This document shows positions 29,615 to 38,693 of a stretch of DNA of 56,357 bases, piece after piece. The stretch is taken from the NCBI GenBank assembly GCA_002438625.1, contig DJPS01000023.1, positions 1 to 56,357 of the forward strand. The letters run 5' to 3'. Each line of letters starts with the position of its first letter. The first letter of the stretch is position 1. The position numbers were made by a program, and so were the translations under genes. The notes below the pieces were generated by a model. It did not search any database. It was not told where the DNA came from and was given only the letters and a program-made list of their open reading frames with translations. The DNA comes from Christensenella sp. UBA6406 (GTDB taxonomy: Bacteria > Bacillota > Clostridia > Christensenellales > UBA1242).

Positions 29615-29643
29615 AGTATATCTTAAATCTCTCAACTTGTCAA
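29615..29643 (-). promoter_or_regulatory. Promoter of ruvX-DUF1292
   Basis: On the - strand: TTGACA (29643-29638), 17-nt spacer, TATACT (29620-29615). Confidence 0.6.
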
Positions 29644-29878
29644 ACAAATTTGATTAATTCATTTTATATATTGAAAAAACTTTTATTTAAAAAACTTTTA
29701 AGCACTTAAACAAAGCAATAAATTTTTATAAACAATATTAATGAAAATGCTTACAAATATAGTTCAAAATTAAATTTTTACAAAATTTAATACTTTATAA
29801 CTTTTGAAATTATGTTATTTAATTTTTGTTTTAAATATAAAGGAATTACATAATTGCAATCCCTTTTCTTTTAAAGAC

Positions 29879-30043
29879 TTAATTTTCTTCTTTTTGATTA
29901 GAATTACCTGCTATTTCTTGAATTTTCTTTGTAACCATTTCTTTACCCTGTTTAACAGCATTTTGAACCTGCTTATTTCCTTGAACAAGAACTGCACCAA
30001 CCAAAAATCCAAGAGCCATACCAATAATTAAACACTCTTTCAT
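29879..30043 (-). CDS. Small membrane-anchored protein, YtxH-like
   Basis: 54 aa from the ATG at 30043, with GGAGG 8 nt upstream. TM helix IIGMALGFLVGAVLV followed by a K/Q-rich amphipathic tail. Confidence 0.45.
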   Translation of the reverse strand: MKECLIIGMALGFLVGAVLVQGNKQVQNAVKQGKEMVTKKIQEIAGNSNQKEEN

Positions 30044-30111
30044 TGTATAATCCTCCTTACATAAATAGTTTGCGTAATAAAACGACATAAATACTTAACA
30101 ATAATTACCAA

Positions 30112-30146
30112 CAAAAAAATTGCCAAATTCCATTGACAATTTTTTA
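30112..30146 (-). terminator. Terminator of the nifS/IscU-like operon
   Basis: On the - strand: ATTGTCAA / TTGGCAAT stem (8 bp, one G-U pair), loop TGGAA, followed by TTTTTTTG. It starts 23 nt after the stop at 30164. Confidence 0.65.
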
Positions 30147-30163
30147 TAACACCATAAACAACA

Positions 30164-30547
30164 TTAAAACTGTTCAGTACTTTCAAATTTATCTCTATAA
30201 TTTTTTATCGCAAGTAGCATTGCATCTTTGCACGCAACTAAACTTGGCATTTTTTCTTCTTCAACATCACCACCCAAAGCATTTTTTAAATCATTATTTG
30301 ATATATTTATTGCATTATCAATAAACTGACCTTTAAGCATAGATGTCAATACACTTCCTGTTGCTATCATTACAACACTGCCATACGCCTTAAATTTTGC
30401 ATCTTTGATTATTCCATCTTCCGCATTTATAAATATTTTAACAACTTCACCAAATTCGTTTGTTGCCTCTCCTGTGCCGTCCGCACCTTTAATTACACCT
30501 ACATTCTTAGGATTTGCAAATATTTGCATAATTTTATCACTATACAT
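30164..30547 (-). CDS. IscU/NifU N-domain homologue, cysteine-depleted (single Cys)
   Basis: 127 aa. Full-length similarity to IscU/NifU (NPKNVG, IIKDAKFKAYG, MPSLVACKDAMLLAIKNYRDK). The only cysteine is Cys106. GAGGA 8 nt upstream of the ATG, and a 5-nt gap from nifS. Confidence 0.8.
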   Translation of the reverse strand: MYSDKIMQIFANPKNVGVIKGADGTGEATNEFGEVVKIFINAEDGIIKDAKFKAYGSVVMIATGSVLTSMLKGQFIDNAINISNNDLKNALGGDVEEEKMPSLVACKDAMLLAIKNYRDKFESTEQF

Positions 30548-30551
30548 AATT

Positions 30552-31733
30552 TTAATCCTCTTTTCTCTTTTTCTTTCTTAATGGACTGATTGACCTTAAT
30601 TTTTCAATAATTGGCACCAATTTTTCAATTAAATAATCAACTTCTTCCTTAGTGTTTGACTTTCCAAATGCAAAACGAATTGTTCCCTTTGCTAAAACAT
30701 CATCAAGCCCAATAGCCTTCAACACATGACTAGGTTCAATAGAGCCACTTTCACAAGCACTTCCAACTGATACAGCAATACCTTGCATATCTAGCATTGT
30801 TAGAACCGCTTCCGCATTAACGCAATCAAAACTTACACTAACTATACCTTGCAACCTTTGTGCTTGATGCCCATTAATATAAATATCATCAATACTTTCA
30901 GTCAATCCTTTTATAAAATATTCTTTTAAGGACTTAATTTTCTTATTATTGATGCTCATATCTCTAACAGCAACTTCAATCGCTTTACCAAATCCAACTA
31001 TTGCAGGTACATTTTGAGTTCCGCCCCTAACGCCTCTCTCTTGTTTTCCGCCAGAAATTATGCTTTGTATCTTCACACCATCTCTAACAAATAAACAACC
31101 TGCACCCTTTGGACCATAAATCTTATGACTGCTTATACTCATTGCATCAATTCCCATAGCATCAACATTAAAACTAATTGAACCAACCGCTTGCACTGCA
31201 TCCGTATGAAAAATTATTCCTTTTTCTTTTGCAGTTTCAGCAATCGCTTGCATGTGTTGAATTGTGCCTATTTCATTGTTCGCAGTCATAATACTTATAA
31301 GAATTGTATCACTTTTAATATAATGCAATAAATCTGCAAAATTAACAAGTCCGTGTGCATCTACTTTTAAATATGTTACTTCAAAGCCCTCTTTTTCTAA
31401 TTGTTTACAAGCCTCTAAAACACTGCTATGCTCTATGCAAGATGTTATAATATGATTTCCTTTATATCTATTTGCATAAGCCAACCCTTTAATTGCTAAG
31501 TTATTCGCCTCAGTGCCACCAGATGTAAAATAAATTTCACTAGACTTAGCACCAATCGCCTTTGCGACTCTGTCCCTTGCCTCATCAACAAGTTTTACGG
31601 CATCTCTACCAAATGAATGCAAACTGCTTGGATTTCCATAAATATTGCTAAATACAGGCATCATTTCTCTTAGTGCTTCATTTCCTACATATGTTGTTGA
31701 AGCATTATCAAAATATACTCTACGATTTTCCAT
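30552..31733 (-). CDS. nifS: Cysteine desulfurase, NifS/IscS type
   Basis: 393 aa class V aminotransferase. PLP-lysine motif SSHKIYGPKG, HTDAVQAVG, and active-site loop SVGSACESGSIEPSHVL. Confidence 0.9.
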   Translation of the reverse strand: MENRRVYFDNASTTYVGNEALREMMPVFSNIYGNPSSLHSFGRDAVKLVDEARDRVAKAIGAKSSEIYFTSGGTEANNLAIKGLAYANRYKGNHIITSCIEHSSVLEACKQLEKEGFEVTYLKVDAHGLVNFADLLHYIKSDTILISIMTANNEIGTIQHMQAIAETAKEKGIIFHTDAVQAVGSISFNVDAMGIDAMSISSHKIYGPKGAGCLFVRDGVKIQSIISGGKQERGVRGGTQNVPAIVGFGKAIEVAVRDMSINNKKIKSLKEYFIKGLTESIDDIYINGHQAQRLQGIVSVSFDCVNAEAVLTMLDMQGIAVSVGSACESGSIEPSHVLKAIGLDDVLAKGTIRFAFGKSNTKEEVDYLIEKLVPIIEKLRSISPLRKKKRKED

Positions 31734-31768
31734 AAAAAACTTCCTATCATTTCAATTTTTTCTATTAA

Positions 31769-31797
31769 ATTATATCACACATAACCAAAAGTGTCAA
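31769..31797 (-). promoter_or_regulatory. Consensus promoter of the nifS operon
   Basis: On the - strand: TTGACA (31797-31792), 17-nt spacer ending in TGA, TATAAT (31774-31769). This is a perfect -35/-10 pair with an extended -10. Confidence 0.75.
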
Positions 31798-31800
31798 GTA

Positions 31801-31817
31801 GGACAATTAATTTGTCC
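31801..31817. promoter_or_regulatory. Inverted repeat GGACAA-N5-TTGTCC abutting the -35 box of the nifS promoter
   Basis: GGACAATTAATTTGTCC has 6-bp perfect arms and lies 3 nt upstream of the -35 box. No T-run follows it, so it is not a terminator. A second small inverted repeat, TTGCT-N5-AGCAA, lies at 31825-31839. Confidence 0.4.
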
Positions 31818-31891
31818 AAAATAATTGCTAATTGAGCAACATATCCATAACTATAACAAAAAATCAGTATAAACTGACTCTTAAAATTTTA

Positions 31892-32215
31892 TTAATTTAT
31901 AGATTTTTCTATCATATCCACAACCTTTTCATAATCAATGTAACCCACAGCTTTATTTACAGGCTCTCCATCTTTGAAAATAATCATAGTTGGAATGCTT
32001 ATGATTCCAAATTGCTTAGAAACATTTTCATTTTCATCTACATTAATTTTAACCATAACAATTTTGTCGCCCATTTCTTCGCTTACATCATCTAAAACAG
32101 GTCCCAATCTTTTACAAGGAGGGCACCAAGTTGCAAAAAAATCAACAAATACAAATTTATTATTTTTTACGATTTCTTCAAATTCTTTTTCATTTATCTC
32201 TCTTACATTACTCAT
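31892..32215 (-). CDS. trxA: Thioredoxin
   Basis: 107 aa with active site WCPPCK. Confidence 0.95.
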   Translation of the reverse strand: MSNVREINEKEFEEIVKNNKFVFVDFFATWCPPCKRLGPVLDDVSEEMGDKIVMVKINVDENENVSKQFGIISIPTMIIFKDGEPVNKAVGYIDYEKVVDMIEKSIN

Positions 32216-32281
32216 TATAATTATACCCTTTATATCTTTTTAAATTTTAATATTTTCCATATCACTTAACAATCAAATAAA

Positions 32282-32977
32282 TCAATTACTATCAATTAAT
32301 TTATTAATAACAAAGCTGGCAAGAACTGCACCACAAGCACAAGGATGGTATGAAATGCTACCAATTTTATTTGAATTGTTTTTTATTATCTTATCAGTTT
32401 TCATATAAACAACATCCAAATGCTTTATCCCTTTTTCTTTACATTTTTGCCTTATGATTTTAGCAAACTTATCATATTGCGTTTTATATATGTCGCAAAC
32501 TTCATAATGCGGAATACATAATTTATTTCCCGCACCCATAGATGAAACAATAGAAATATCATTTAGATAAGCAAATTCAATTAATTTCAACTTATTGTGT
32601 ATATCATCTATAGCATCTACAATATAATCGCACTTTTTAAAATCAACTTCATTTATCAAATCTTCGTCCATTTTAGCATTTAACTTTATTAGATTTAAAT
32701 TAGGATTTACTAACTTTAATCTTAGCTCTATTTCATCGACCTTAAATTTACCTACATTACTGGTCAGTGCAATAATTTGCCTATTAATGTTAGAATCATC
32801 AACCCTATCAAAATCACAAATTATTAAAGTTCCCACACCTGCACGAGCAAGCAATTCACATACATAACCACCTACTCCACCAACTCCTATAACAGCGACA
32901 CAAGCATTTTTAATTTTATGGAATTGACTTTCACTCATAAGAAGTTTTTCTCTTGCAAATATATCATCATTTGTCAT
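32282..32977 (-). CDS. tcdA: tRNA threonylcarbamoyladenosine dehydratase (TcdA/CsdL, ThiF family)
   Basis: 231 aa. E1-like fold with VIGVGGVGGYVCELLARAGVG, DFDRVDDSNINRQ and SSMGAG. Size and motifs match the YgdL/TcdA subgroup. Confidence 0.75.
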   Translation of the reverse strand: MTNDDIFAREKLLMSESQFHKIKNACVAVIGVGGVGGYVCELLARAGVGTLIICDFDRVDDSNINRQIIALTSNVGKFKVDEIELRLKLVNPNLNLIKLNAKMDEDLINEVDFKKCDYIVDAIDDIHNKLKLIEFAYLNDISIVSSMGAGNKLCIPHYEVCDIYKTQYDKFAKIIRQKCKEKGIKHLDVVYMKTDKIIKNNSNKIGSISYHPCACGAVLASFVINKLIDSN

Positions 32978-33032
32978 TAATTTTATTTCCTTCTACTTTT
33001 ACTATAAGTCTTAATTTTCGCAATTAACTACG

Positions 33033-34349
33033 CTAAATTATAAATTTTCTTAAATCATATTGTTTGATATTACCTGAAAAAATATTATCAACGTATGCTT
33101 TTGTAATCTTCACATCTGTTTCAGCTTCGTTATTTCCAGCATTGTAAGATATATCTTCAAGCAATTCCTCAATGACAGTGTGCAATCTCCTTGCCCCTAT
33201 ATTTTCACTTGTTTCATTTTCAGTTTCTGCTATTTCAGCAATTCTTTCAAGTGCATCATCCTCAAAAATTAGATTTACTTTATCAACTTTTAACAATTCG
33301 CTATATTGCTTAACAATAGCGTTTTGCGGTTGAGTTAAAATGTTAAGGAAATCCTTTTTAGTTAAATTGTCCAAATTCACCCTTATAGGAAATCTTCCTT
33401 GCAATTCGGGTATCAAATCTTCAATACTTGAAACATGGAAAGCACCCGCAGCAATAAACAATATATAATCAGTTCTAACACTTCCATATTTTGTTGATAC
33501 TGTACAACCTTCAACAATAGGCAAAATATCCCTTTGGACACCTTCTCTAGAAACCTCAGGTCCTGAACTACCTTTACTGTTTGATGCAATCTTATCTATT
33601 TCATCAATAAAGATTATTCCTTCTTGCTCGCATCTTCTTATTGCTTCAGCATTTACATTATCTTGGTCAATCAACTTATCAGTTTCTTCATTTATAAGTG
33701 CCATTCTTGCTTCTTTAACACTTACCTTTCTATGACGCTTTTTAGAAGGCATTAAACCACCAAACATATCGGTTATACTTATTTCCATACCTAATCCACC
33801 AAGCATATCAACATTTTTTGGTGCCTCTACAAGTTCAACTTCAATAACTTCTTTTTCACATTTTCCAGCATTATAATCATCTGCAATTTGTTTCTTTAAA
33901 TCATCACCGCTTAACTCACTCTCACCGCTTGCCTTTCTTTGTACATAAAGAGCATCCAATATAATTTTATCAACAGTTTCTTTAGCCTTTGTTTCAACTT
34001 TTTTACGGTTTTCTTCTTTAACCATTCTAATTGAAACTTCAACCAAATCTCTCACCATACTCTCAACATCTCTACCAACATAACCAACTTCGGTAAATTT
34101 TGTTGCCTCAACTTTAACGAATGGTGCAGAAACTAATTTCGCAAGCCTTCTTGCAATTTCTGTTTTACCAACACCTGTTGGTCCTTTCATTATAATGTTC
34201 TTAGGCGTAATTTCTTCTTGCAAAGCCTCACTTAGTCTACTTCTTCTATATCTATTCCTTAAAGCAATAGCAACAGCCTTTTTTGCTCTATCTTGCCCAA
34301 TGATATACTTATCTAATTCTTCACAAATTTGCTTAGGCGTAAAACTCAT
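33033..34349 (-). CDS. hslU: ATP-dependent protease ATPase subunit HslU
   Basis: 438 aa. [16 protein letters not shown], Walker [32 protein letters not shown] 8 nt upstream of the ATG. Confidence 0.95.
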   Translation of the reverse strand: MSFTPKQICEELDKYIIGQDRAKKAVAIALRNRYRRSRLSEALQEEITPKNIIMKGPTGVGKTEIARRLAKLVSAPFVKVEATKFTEVGYVGRDVESMVRDLVEVSIRMVKEENRKKVETKAKETVDKIILDALYVQRKASGESELSGDDLKKQIADDYNAGKCEKEVIEVELVEAPKNVDMLGGLGMEISITDMFGGLMPSKKRHRKVSVKEARMALINEETDKLIDQDNVNAEAIRRCEQEGIIFIDEIDKIASNSKGSSGPEVSREGVQRDILPIVEGCTVSTKYGSVRTDYILFIAAGAFHVSSIEDLIPELQGRFPIRVNLDNLTKKDFLNILTQPQNAIVKQYSELLKVDKVNLIFEDDALERIAEIAETENETSENIGARRLHTVIEELLEDISYNAGNNEAETDVKITKAYVDNIFSGNIKQYDLRKFII

Positions 34350-34352
34350 TTT

Positions 34353-34904
34353 CTAAACCTCCTCAACAACAATGTTCCCATTTGTAAACACACAAATATC
34401 GCTTGCAATTTCTAATGATTTTCTTGCGATATCCTTAGCATCCAAATTCGTATTTAAAGCAAGCGCTCTAGCAGCTGCAAGAGCATAATTGCCACCCGAA
34501 CCAATAGCACAAATCCCGTTCTCAGGTTCTATAACATCACCCATTCCACTAATCATTAGCAAATTATCTTTATCTGCAACAATCATAAACGCCTCTAAAC
34601 GCCTAGACATCTTATCCGCTCTCCATAGCATTGCAAGTTCAACAGCACTACGCATTAAATTGCCTGAAAATTTATTTAACATCTTTTCAAACTTTTCACT
34701 TAGACTAAAAGCGTCAGCAACTGAACCAGCAAACCCAATTACAACCTTGTCATCAAAAATCCTACGCACTTTCACAGCAGTAGCCTTACATATCACTTGT
34801 TCTCCAAGTGTAATTTGCCCATCACCTGCAATAGCACAAGAATTATTCTTTTTAACGCCAACAATGGTTGTTCCTTTCAATAATCTTTCAAAATCTTTAC
34901 TCAT
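34353..34904 (-). CDS. hslV: ATP-dependent protease subunit HslV (CodW-like, N-terminally extended)
   Basis: 183 aa. TTIVGVKK...[18 protein letters not shown] and [14 protein letters not shown]. The ATG at 34904 has AGGAG 5 nt upstream, so the 11 residues before Thr-Thr appear genuine. Confidence 0.9.
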   Translation of the reverse strand: MSKDFERLLKGTTIVGVKKNNSCAIAGDGQITLGEQVICKATAVKVRRIFDDKVVIGFAGSVADAFSLSEKFEKMLNKFSGNLMRSAVELAMLWRADKMSRRLEAFMIVADKDNLLMISGMGDVIEPENGICAIGSGGNYALAAARALALNTNLDAKDIARKSLEIASDICVFTNGNIVVEEV

Positions 34905-35000
34905 ATAAACTCCTAAATAGTTTTATTTATCAAATATACATTTAATTATGACATAAACAAAAATTTATGGCAAGCAAATTGCAAATATTTATTAATTAAA

Positions 35001-36308
35001 TTAAAACACAGTAATTTTATCCTTAATTTCCCTTAAAGCCCTATCAGCAATTTTTTGATATTTTAGACTTTTATCTTTAACTTTTTCTTCTAGTGGTGAA
35101 ATTATACCAAAATTTGCATTCATTGGCTGAAAATTCTTTTCACTTGCACTAGAAATATAATTCGCTAGTGAACCTATTGCAGTGTTTGCTGAAAAATCCA
35201 TAAATGGTTTATGCTCCAAAAATCTTGCCATATTTAATGCGCACATTAAACCACTTGCAACACTTTCAACATAGCCCTCGACACCGCTTAATTGCCCAGC
35301 AATAAAAATATTACTATAATTTTTAAGTTGATAATATTTATTTAATAATTTTGGAGCATTCACAAATGAATTTCTATGCATAACTCCATATTTAATAAAT
35401 TCAGCATTTTCTAAACCACTTATAAGTGAAAAAACTCTCTTCTGCTCTCCAAATTTCAAATTAGTTTGAAAACCAACTAAATTATACATAGTCCCTTCAA
35501 CATTTTCTTTTCTTAACTGCACAACTGCATAATAATTTTGATTAGTTTTAGGGTTTACAATCCCAACAGGTTTCAATGGACCAAACCTTAGTGCATCTTC
35601 ACCACGTTTTGCCATCACTTCAATAGGCATACACCCTTCAAAAACTTTTACACTCTCAAAACTTTTTAACTCAACAGTGTCAGCAACAACCAACTCCTTA
35701 ACAAATTGCAAATATTGTTCTTTATTCATTCCACAATTTATATAATCACCATCACCTTTACCATACCTATCAGCAATAAAGCACTTATCAAAATTTAAAC
35801 TTTCTTTTGCAACAATAGGTGCAGCAGCATCATAAAAATAAAAATAATCTTCGCCAACTAAATTTTTTAACGCATTGCTTAAACCTTCACTTGTCAATGG
35901 ACCTGTTGCTATAATTGTTGGTTCATCTTCATTAATATGCAAAACTTCTTTATTTATAATTTCTATATTTTTATCTTCTTTTATAATTTGAGTTAATTTG
36001 CTTGAAAATAATTCTCTATCAACAGCCAATGCAGACCCTGCAGGAACAGTACACTTAAATGCTGTATCAATAGCAATGCTACCTAGTATTAAAAGTTCTT
36101 GCTTTAAAAGTCCACAAGCATTTGTTACTTCTTTTGTTTTTAATGAATTACTACACACTAATTCAGCAAAATTTTCACTTTTATGGGCAGGTGTCATTTT
36201 ATTTGGTTTCATTTCATACAGCTTTACTTTTATGCCCGCTTTACTTAATTGATGTGCACATTCAACACCCGCAAGCCCAGCACCTATAACTTTCACAATT
36301 TTATCCAT
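35001..36308 (-). CDS. trmFO: Methylenetetrahydrofolate--tRNA-(uracil-5-)-methyltransferase TrmFO
   Basis: FAD motif VIGAGLAGVECAHQLSK. Positioned after topA as in Bacillus (topA-gid). The track start at 36314 is TTG, so I use the ATG at 36308. No SD is seen. Confidence 0.9.
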   Translation of the reverse strand: MDKIVKVIGAGLAGVECAHQLSKAGIKVKLYEMKPNKMTPAHKSENFAELVCSNSLKTKEVTNACGLLKQELLILGSIAIDTAFKCTVPAGSALAVDRELFSSKLTQIIKEDKNIEIINKEVLHINEDEPTIIATGPLTSEGLSNALKNLVGEDYFYFYDAAAPIVAKESLNFDKCFIADRYGKGDGDYINCGMNKEQYLQFVKELVVADTVELKSFESVKVFEGCMPIEVMAKRGEDALRFGPLKPVGIVNPKTNQNYYAVVQLRKENVEGTMYNLVGFQTNLKFGEQKRVFSLISGLENAEFIKYGVMHRNSFVNAPKLLNKYYQLKNYSNIFIAGQLSGVEGYVESVASGLMCALNMARFLEHKPFMDFSANTAIGSLANYISSASEKNFQPMNANFGIISPLEEKVKDKSLKYQKIADRALREIKDKITVF

Positions 36309-36379
36309 ATACAAAATATAGTGTATAATAACACTACATAACCCCTTATCTATTGTTTTTTATTCTTTTACTTTACATT

Positions 36380-38584
36380 CTAATTTACTTTTCCACTATC
36401 ACCATTTACATTTGCAGAATCGTTTACAGCGACATCACCCTCAGCCATTTGTTCATTATAAGACATTGTATTTCTGCATTTTGGAAAGTTCGGGCAGGCT
36501 AAAAATTTTCCATTTCTGCCATTTTTTATAACCATTTTTGCACCACATTTATTGCAAACAATGTTAGATTCAACAACTGATTGCTTATCTTGCTCTTGTT
36601 TCGTTACACTAGATTTTGTTGCAATGCTTTTTGTAAATTTGCATTTAGGATAATTTGGGCAAGCCAAAAAATCACCATTTTTTCCGCTTCTTTTAACTAG
36701 ATTAGCACCACATTTTTCGCACTTTTCATCTACTTCAATCAATGGTTCTTTAACTCTTTCAGTGCCATCCAAATTCTTTGTATTTTTACAAGTTGGATAA
36801 TTGGGACAAGCTAAAAATTTACCATTCACACCATTCCTTATAACCATAAATGCACCGCATCTATCGCAAGGTATATCTGTTTGTATAGGTGGCTCAATGC
36901 TTGCATCTACATCTTTTAACTGCTTTTCAAATCCACCATAAAAATCCGCTATAACTTGTTGCCAATTCAATTTTCCTTTTGAAATTTGGTCAAGTTCTTC
37001 TTCCATTTCAGCTGTAAATTTAACATTCATAATATCTTTAAAATGTTCACTTAAAAAATCTGATACTTTACACCCAACTTCAGTTGGAACAAAATATTTA
37101 CCATCCCTTTCACAATAATTTCTAGTGAATAAAATTTGAACTGTTTGTGCATATGTTGCTGGACGACCTATCCCTTTCGCTTCCATCAATTTAACAAATG
37201 TTGGTTCGGTATATCTTTGAGGTGGTTTTGTAAATTTTTGCTCATACAAAATATCATTACACTTTAAGATGTCTGAAACAACTAAATTAGGCAATTTATC
37301 TCCACTTTCCGTTTCATCAACAGTCTCCTCATTTTTATAGACTGCTTTGAAACCCATAAAAATAGGAGTGTTTCCGCTAACCCTAAATGTATATTCCCCA
37401 TTTTTTATATCAACGACTAAACTATCATAAATATAATCACTCATTTGACTTGCCAAAAATCTATCATAAATTAATTTATACAATTTATATTGGTCATTTG
37501 TAAGTTCACTTTTAATGCTATCTGGCTTAATGTTTATATCAATCGGTCTAATTGCTTCGTGCCCTTCTTGTGCTGATGCTTTTGATGTATAAACATTATA
37601 TTTTTCTGGAGCGAATTTTTCACCAAAATTTGCTACGATAAAGTCTTTTGCCATTTTCTTTGCGTTTTCGCTTACTCTTGTGCTGTCCGTTCTTATATAT
37701 GTGATTAGTGCTTTTTTGCCATAAGTCTTTGTTTGCACACCCTCATATAATTGTTGTGCCGTTTTAGTTATTGTGCTTAGCGACATTTTTAACTTTTGTC
37801 CTGCATCTTGTTGCATTGCACTTGTAATAAATGGAGGATTTGCCCTTGTGTGCTTAACTTCTCTCTTTACTTCATCAACAATAAAGTCGTTTGCTTTTAA
37901 TTCACTTAGAACTTTTTGCATTTCTGCTTCGTTCTTAATTGTGTATTTTTTGCCATTTTTAAGAACAAGCAAAGTCTTAAATGGCATTTTCTCTTTTTCT
38001 AATATAGCATTAACAGTCCAATATTCTTCAGGGACAAAGTTTTGAATTTCTCTTTCTCTATCAACAATCAACTTTAACGCAACTGATTGAACACGACCAG
38101 CAGACAATTTAGGCATAATTTTTTTTGAAATGATAGGAGACAATTTATAGCCCACAAGTCTATCTAAAATCCTTCTTGCTTGCTGTGCATTAACTAAATC
38201 CATATCTAATGCTCTTGGATGAGCAATCGCATCTTTGACTGCTGTTTCAGAAATTTCATTGAATGCACTTCTACACTTGCTTGACATATCCAAATTTAAT
38301 ATATTTGCCAAATGCCAACTTATTGCTTCGCCTTCTCTATCTGGGTCTGTTGCTAAATAAATTGCATCAGCTTTTTTCGCCAAATCTTTAAGTTCTTTGA
38401 TAACTTCTTTCTTTTCAGGCATTGGCTGATATGTCGGTTTAAAACCATCGTTTACATCAATGTTCAATCCCTTTGCAGGTAAATCTCTTATATGACCTTT
38501 TGTTGCAAATACATCAAAATCCTTACCCAAATATTTTTTTATTGAATCTCTTTTACCAGGTCCTTCAATTACAACTAATTTCAT
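36380..38584 (-). CDS. topA: DNA topoisomerase I
   Basis: Start re-called to the ATG at 38584 (MKLVVIEGPGK). Toprim DPDREGE, active-site region ITYIRTDS, and three C-terminal C4 zinc ribbons (CDRCG..CPNYPTC, CEKCG..CPNYPKC, CNKCG..CPNFPKC). Confidence 0.95.
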   Translation of the reverse strand: MKLVVIEGPGKRDSIKKYLGKDFDVFATKGHIRDLPAKGLNIDVNDGFKPTYQPMPEKKEVIKELKDLAKKADAIYLATDPDREGEAISWHLANILNLDMSSKCRSAFNEISETAVKDAIAHPRALDMDLVNAQQARRILDRLVGYKLSPIISKKIMPKLSAGRVQSVALKLIVDREREIQNFVPEEYWTVNAILEKEKMPFKTLLVLKNGKKYTIKNEAEMQKVLSELKANDFIVDEVKREVKHTRANPPFITSAMQQDAGQKLKMSLSTITKTAQQLYEGVQTKTYGKKALITYIRTDSTRVSENAKKMAKDFIVANFGEKFAPEKYNVYTSKASAQEGHEAIRPIDINIKPDSIKSELTNDQYKLYKLIYDRFLASQMSDYIYDSLVVDIKNGEYTFRVSGNTPIFMGFKAVYKNEETVDETESGDKLPNLVVSDILKCNDILYEQKFTKPPQRYTEPTFVKLMEAKGIGRPATYAQTVQILFTRNYCERDGKYFVPTEVGCKVSDFLSEHFKDIMNVKFTAEMEEELDQISKGKLNWQQVIADFYGGFEKQLKDVDASIEPPIQTDIPCDRCGAFMVIRNGVNGKFLACPNYPTCKNTKNLDGTERVKEPLIEVDEKCEKCGANLVKRSGKNGDFLACPNYPKCKFTKSIATKSSVTKQEQDKQSVVESNIVCNKCGAKMVIKNGRNGKFLACPNFPKCRNTMSYNEQMAEGDVAVNDSANVNGDSGKVN

Positions 38585-38693
38585 TTTAACTCCGTACAAC
38601 TATTAATTATTATGCTAATCACTTTATTTAATTAGCACTTTAACCATTTGCCAATGTTTTTATACGCTTAATAGCATTAAAAATTCTTACAAA

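Noticed and set aside
29674-29700. A 12-nt direct repeat AAAAAACTTTTA occurs twice, 15 nt apart, in the 300-nt spacer between the YtxH-like gene and ruvX.
   Set aside because: It is very low-complexity A/T sequence with only two copies and no associated structure or ORF. It is probably chance or promoter-upstream A-tract DNA.
34489-34908. Long + strand ORFs antisense to real genes. Examples are 34489-34908 over hslV, 45761-46117 and 46955-47290 over mutS, 48573-48950 over miaB, 9678-10031, 16275-16586, 4264-4572 and 11651-11905, plus the many 60-90 aa ones.
   Set aside because: Each lies entirely within a well-supported - strand gene. Their translations are low-complexity S/L/F/I-rich with no motifs and no SD. 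Stop-poor antisense frames are expected in A/T-rich coding DNA.
36470-36868. Three similar ~85-nt DNA segments that could look like a repeat array.
   Set aside because: They encode the three tandem C4 zinc-ribbon domains at the C-terminus of TopA (C-x2-C...CPN[YF]P-x-C). They are in frame and diverged, so this is not a CRISPR or mobile repeat.
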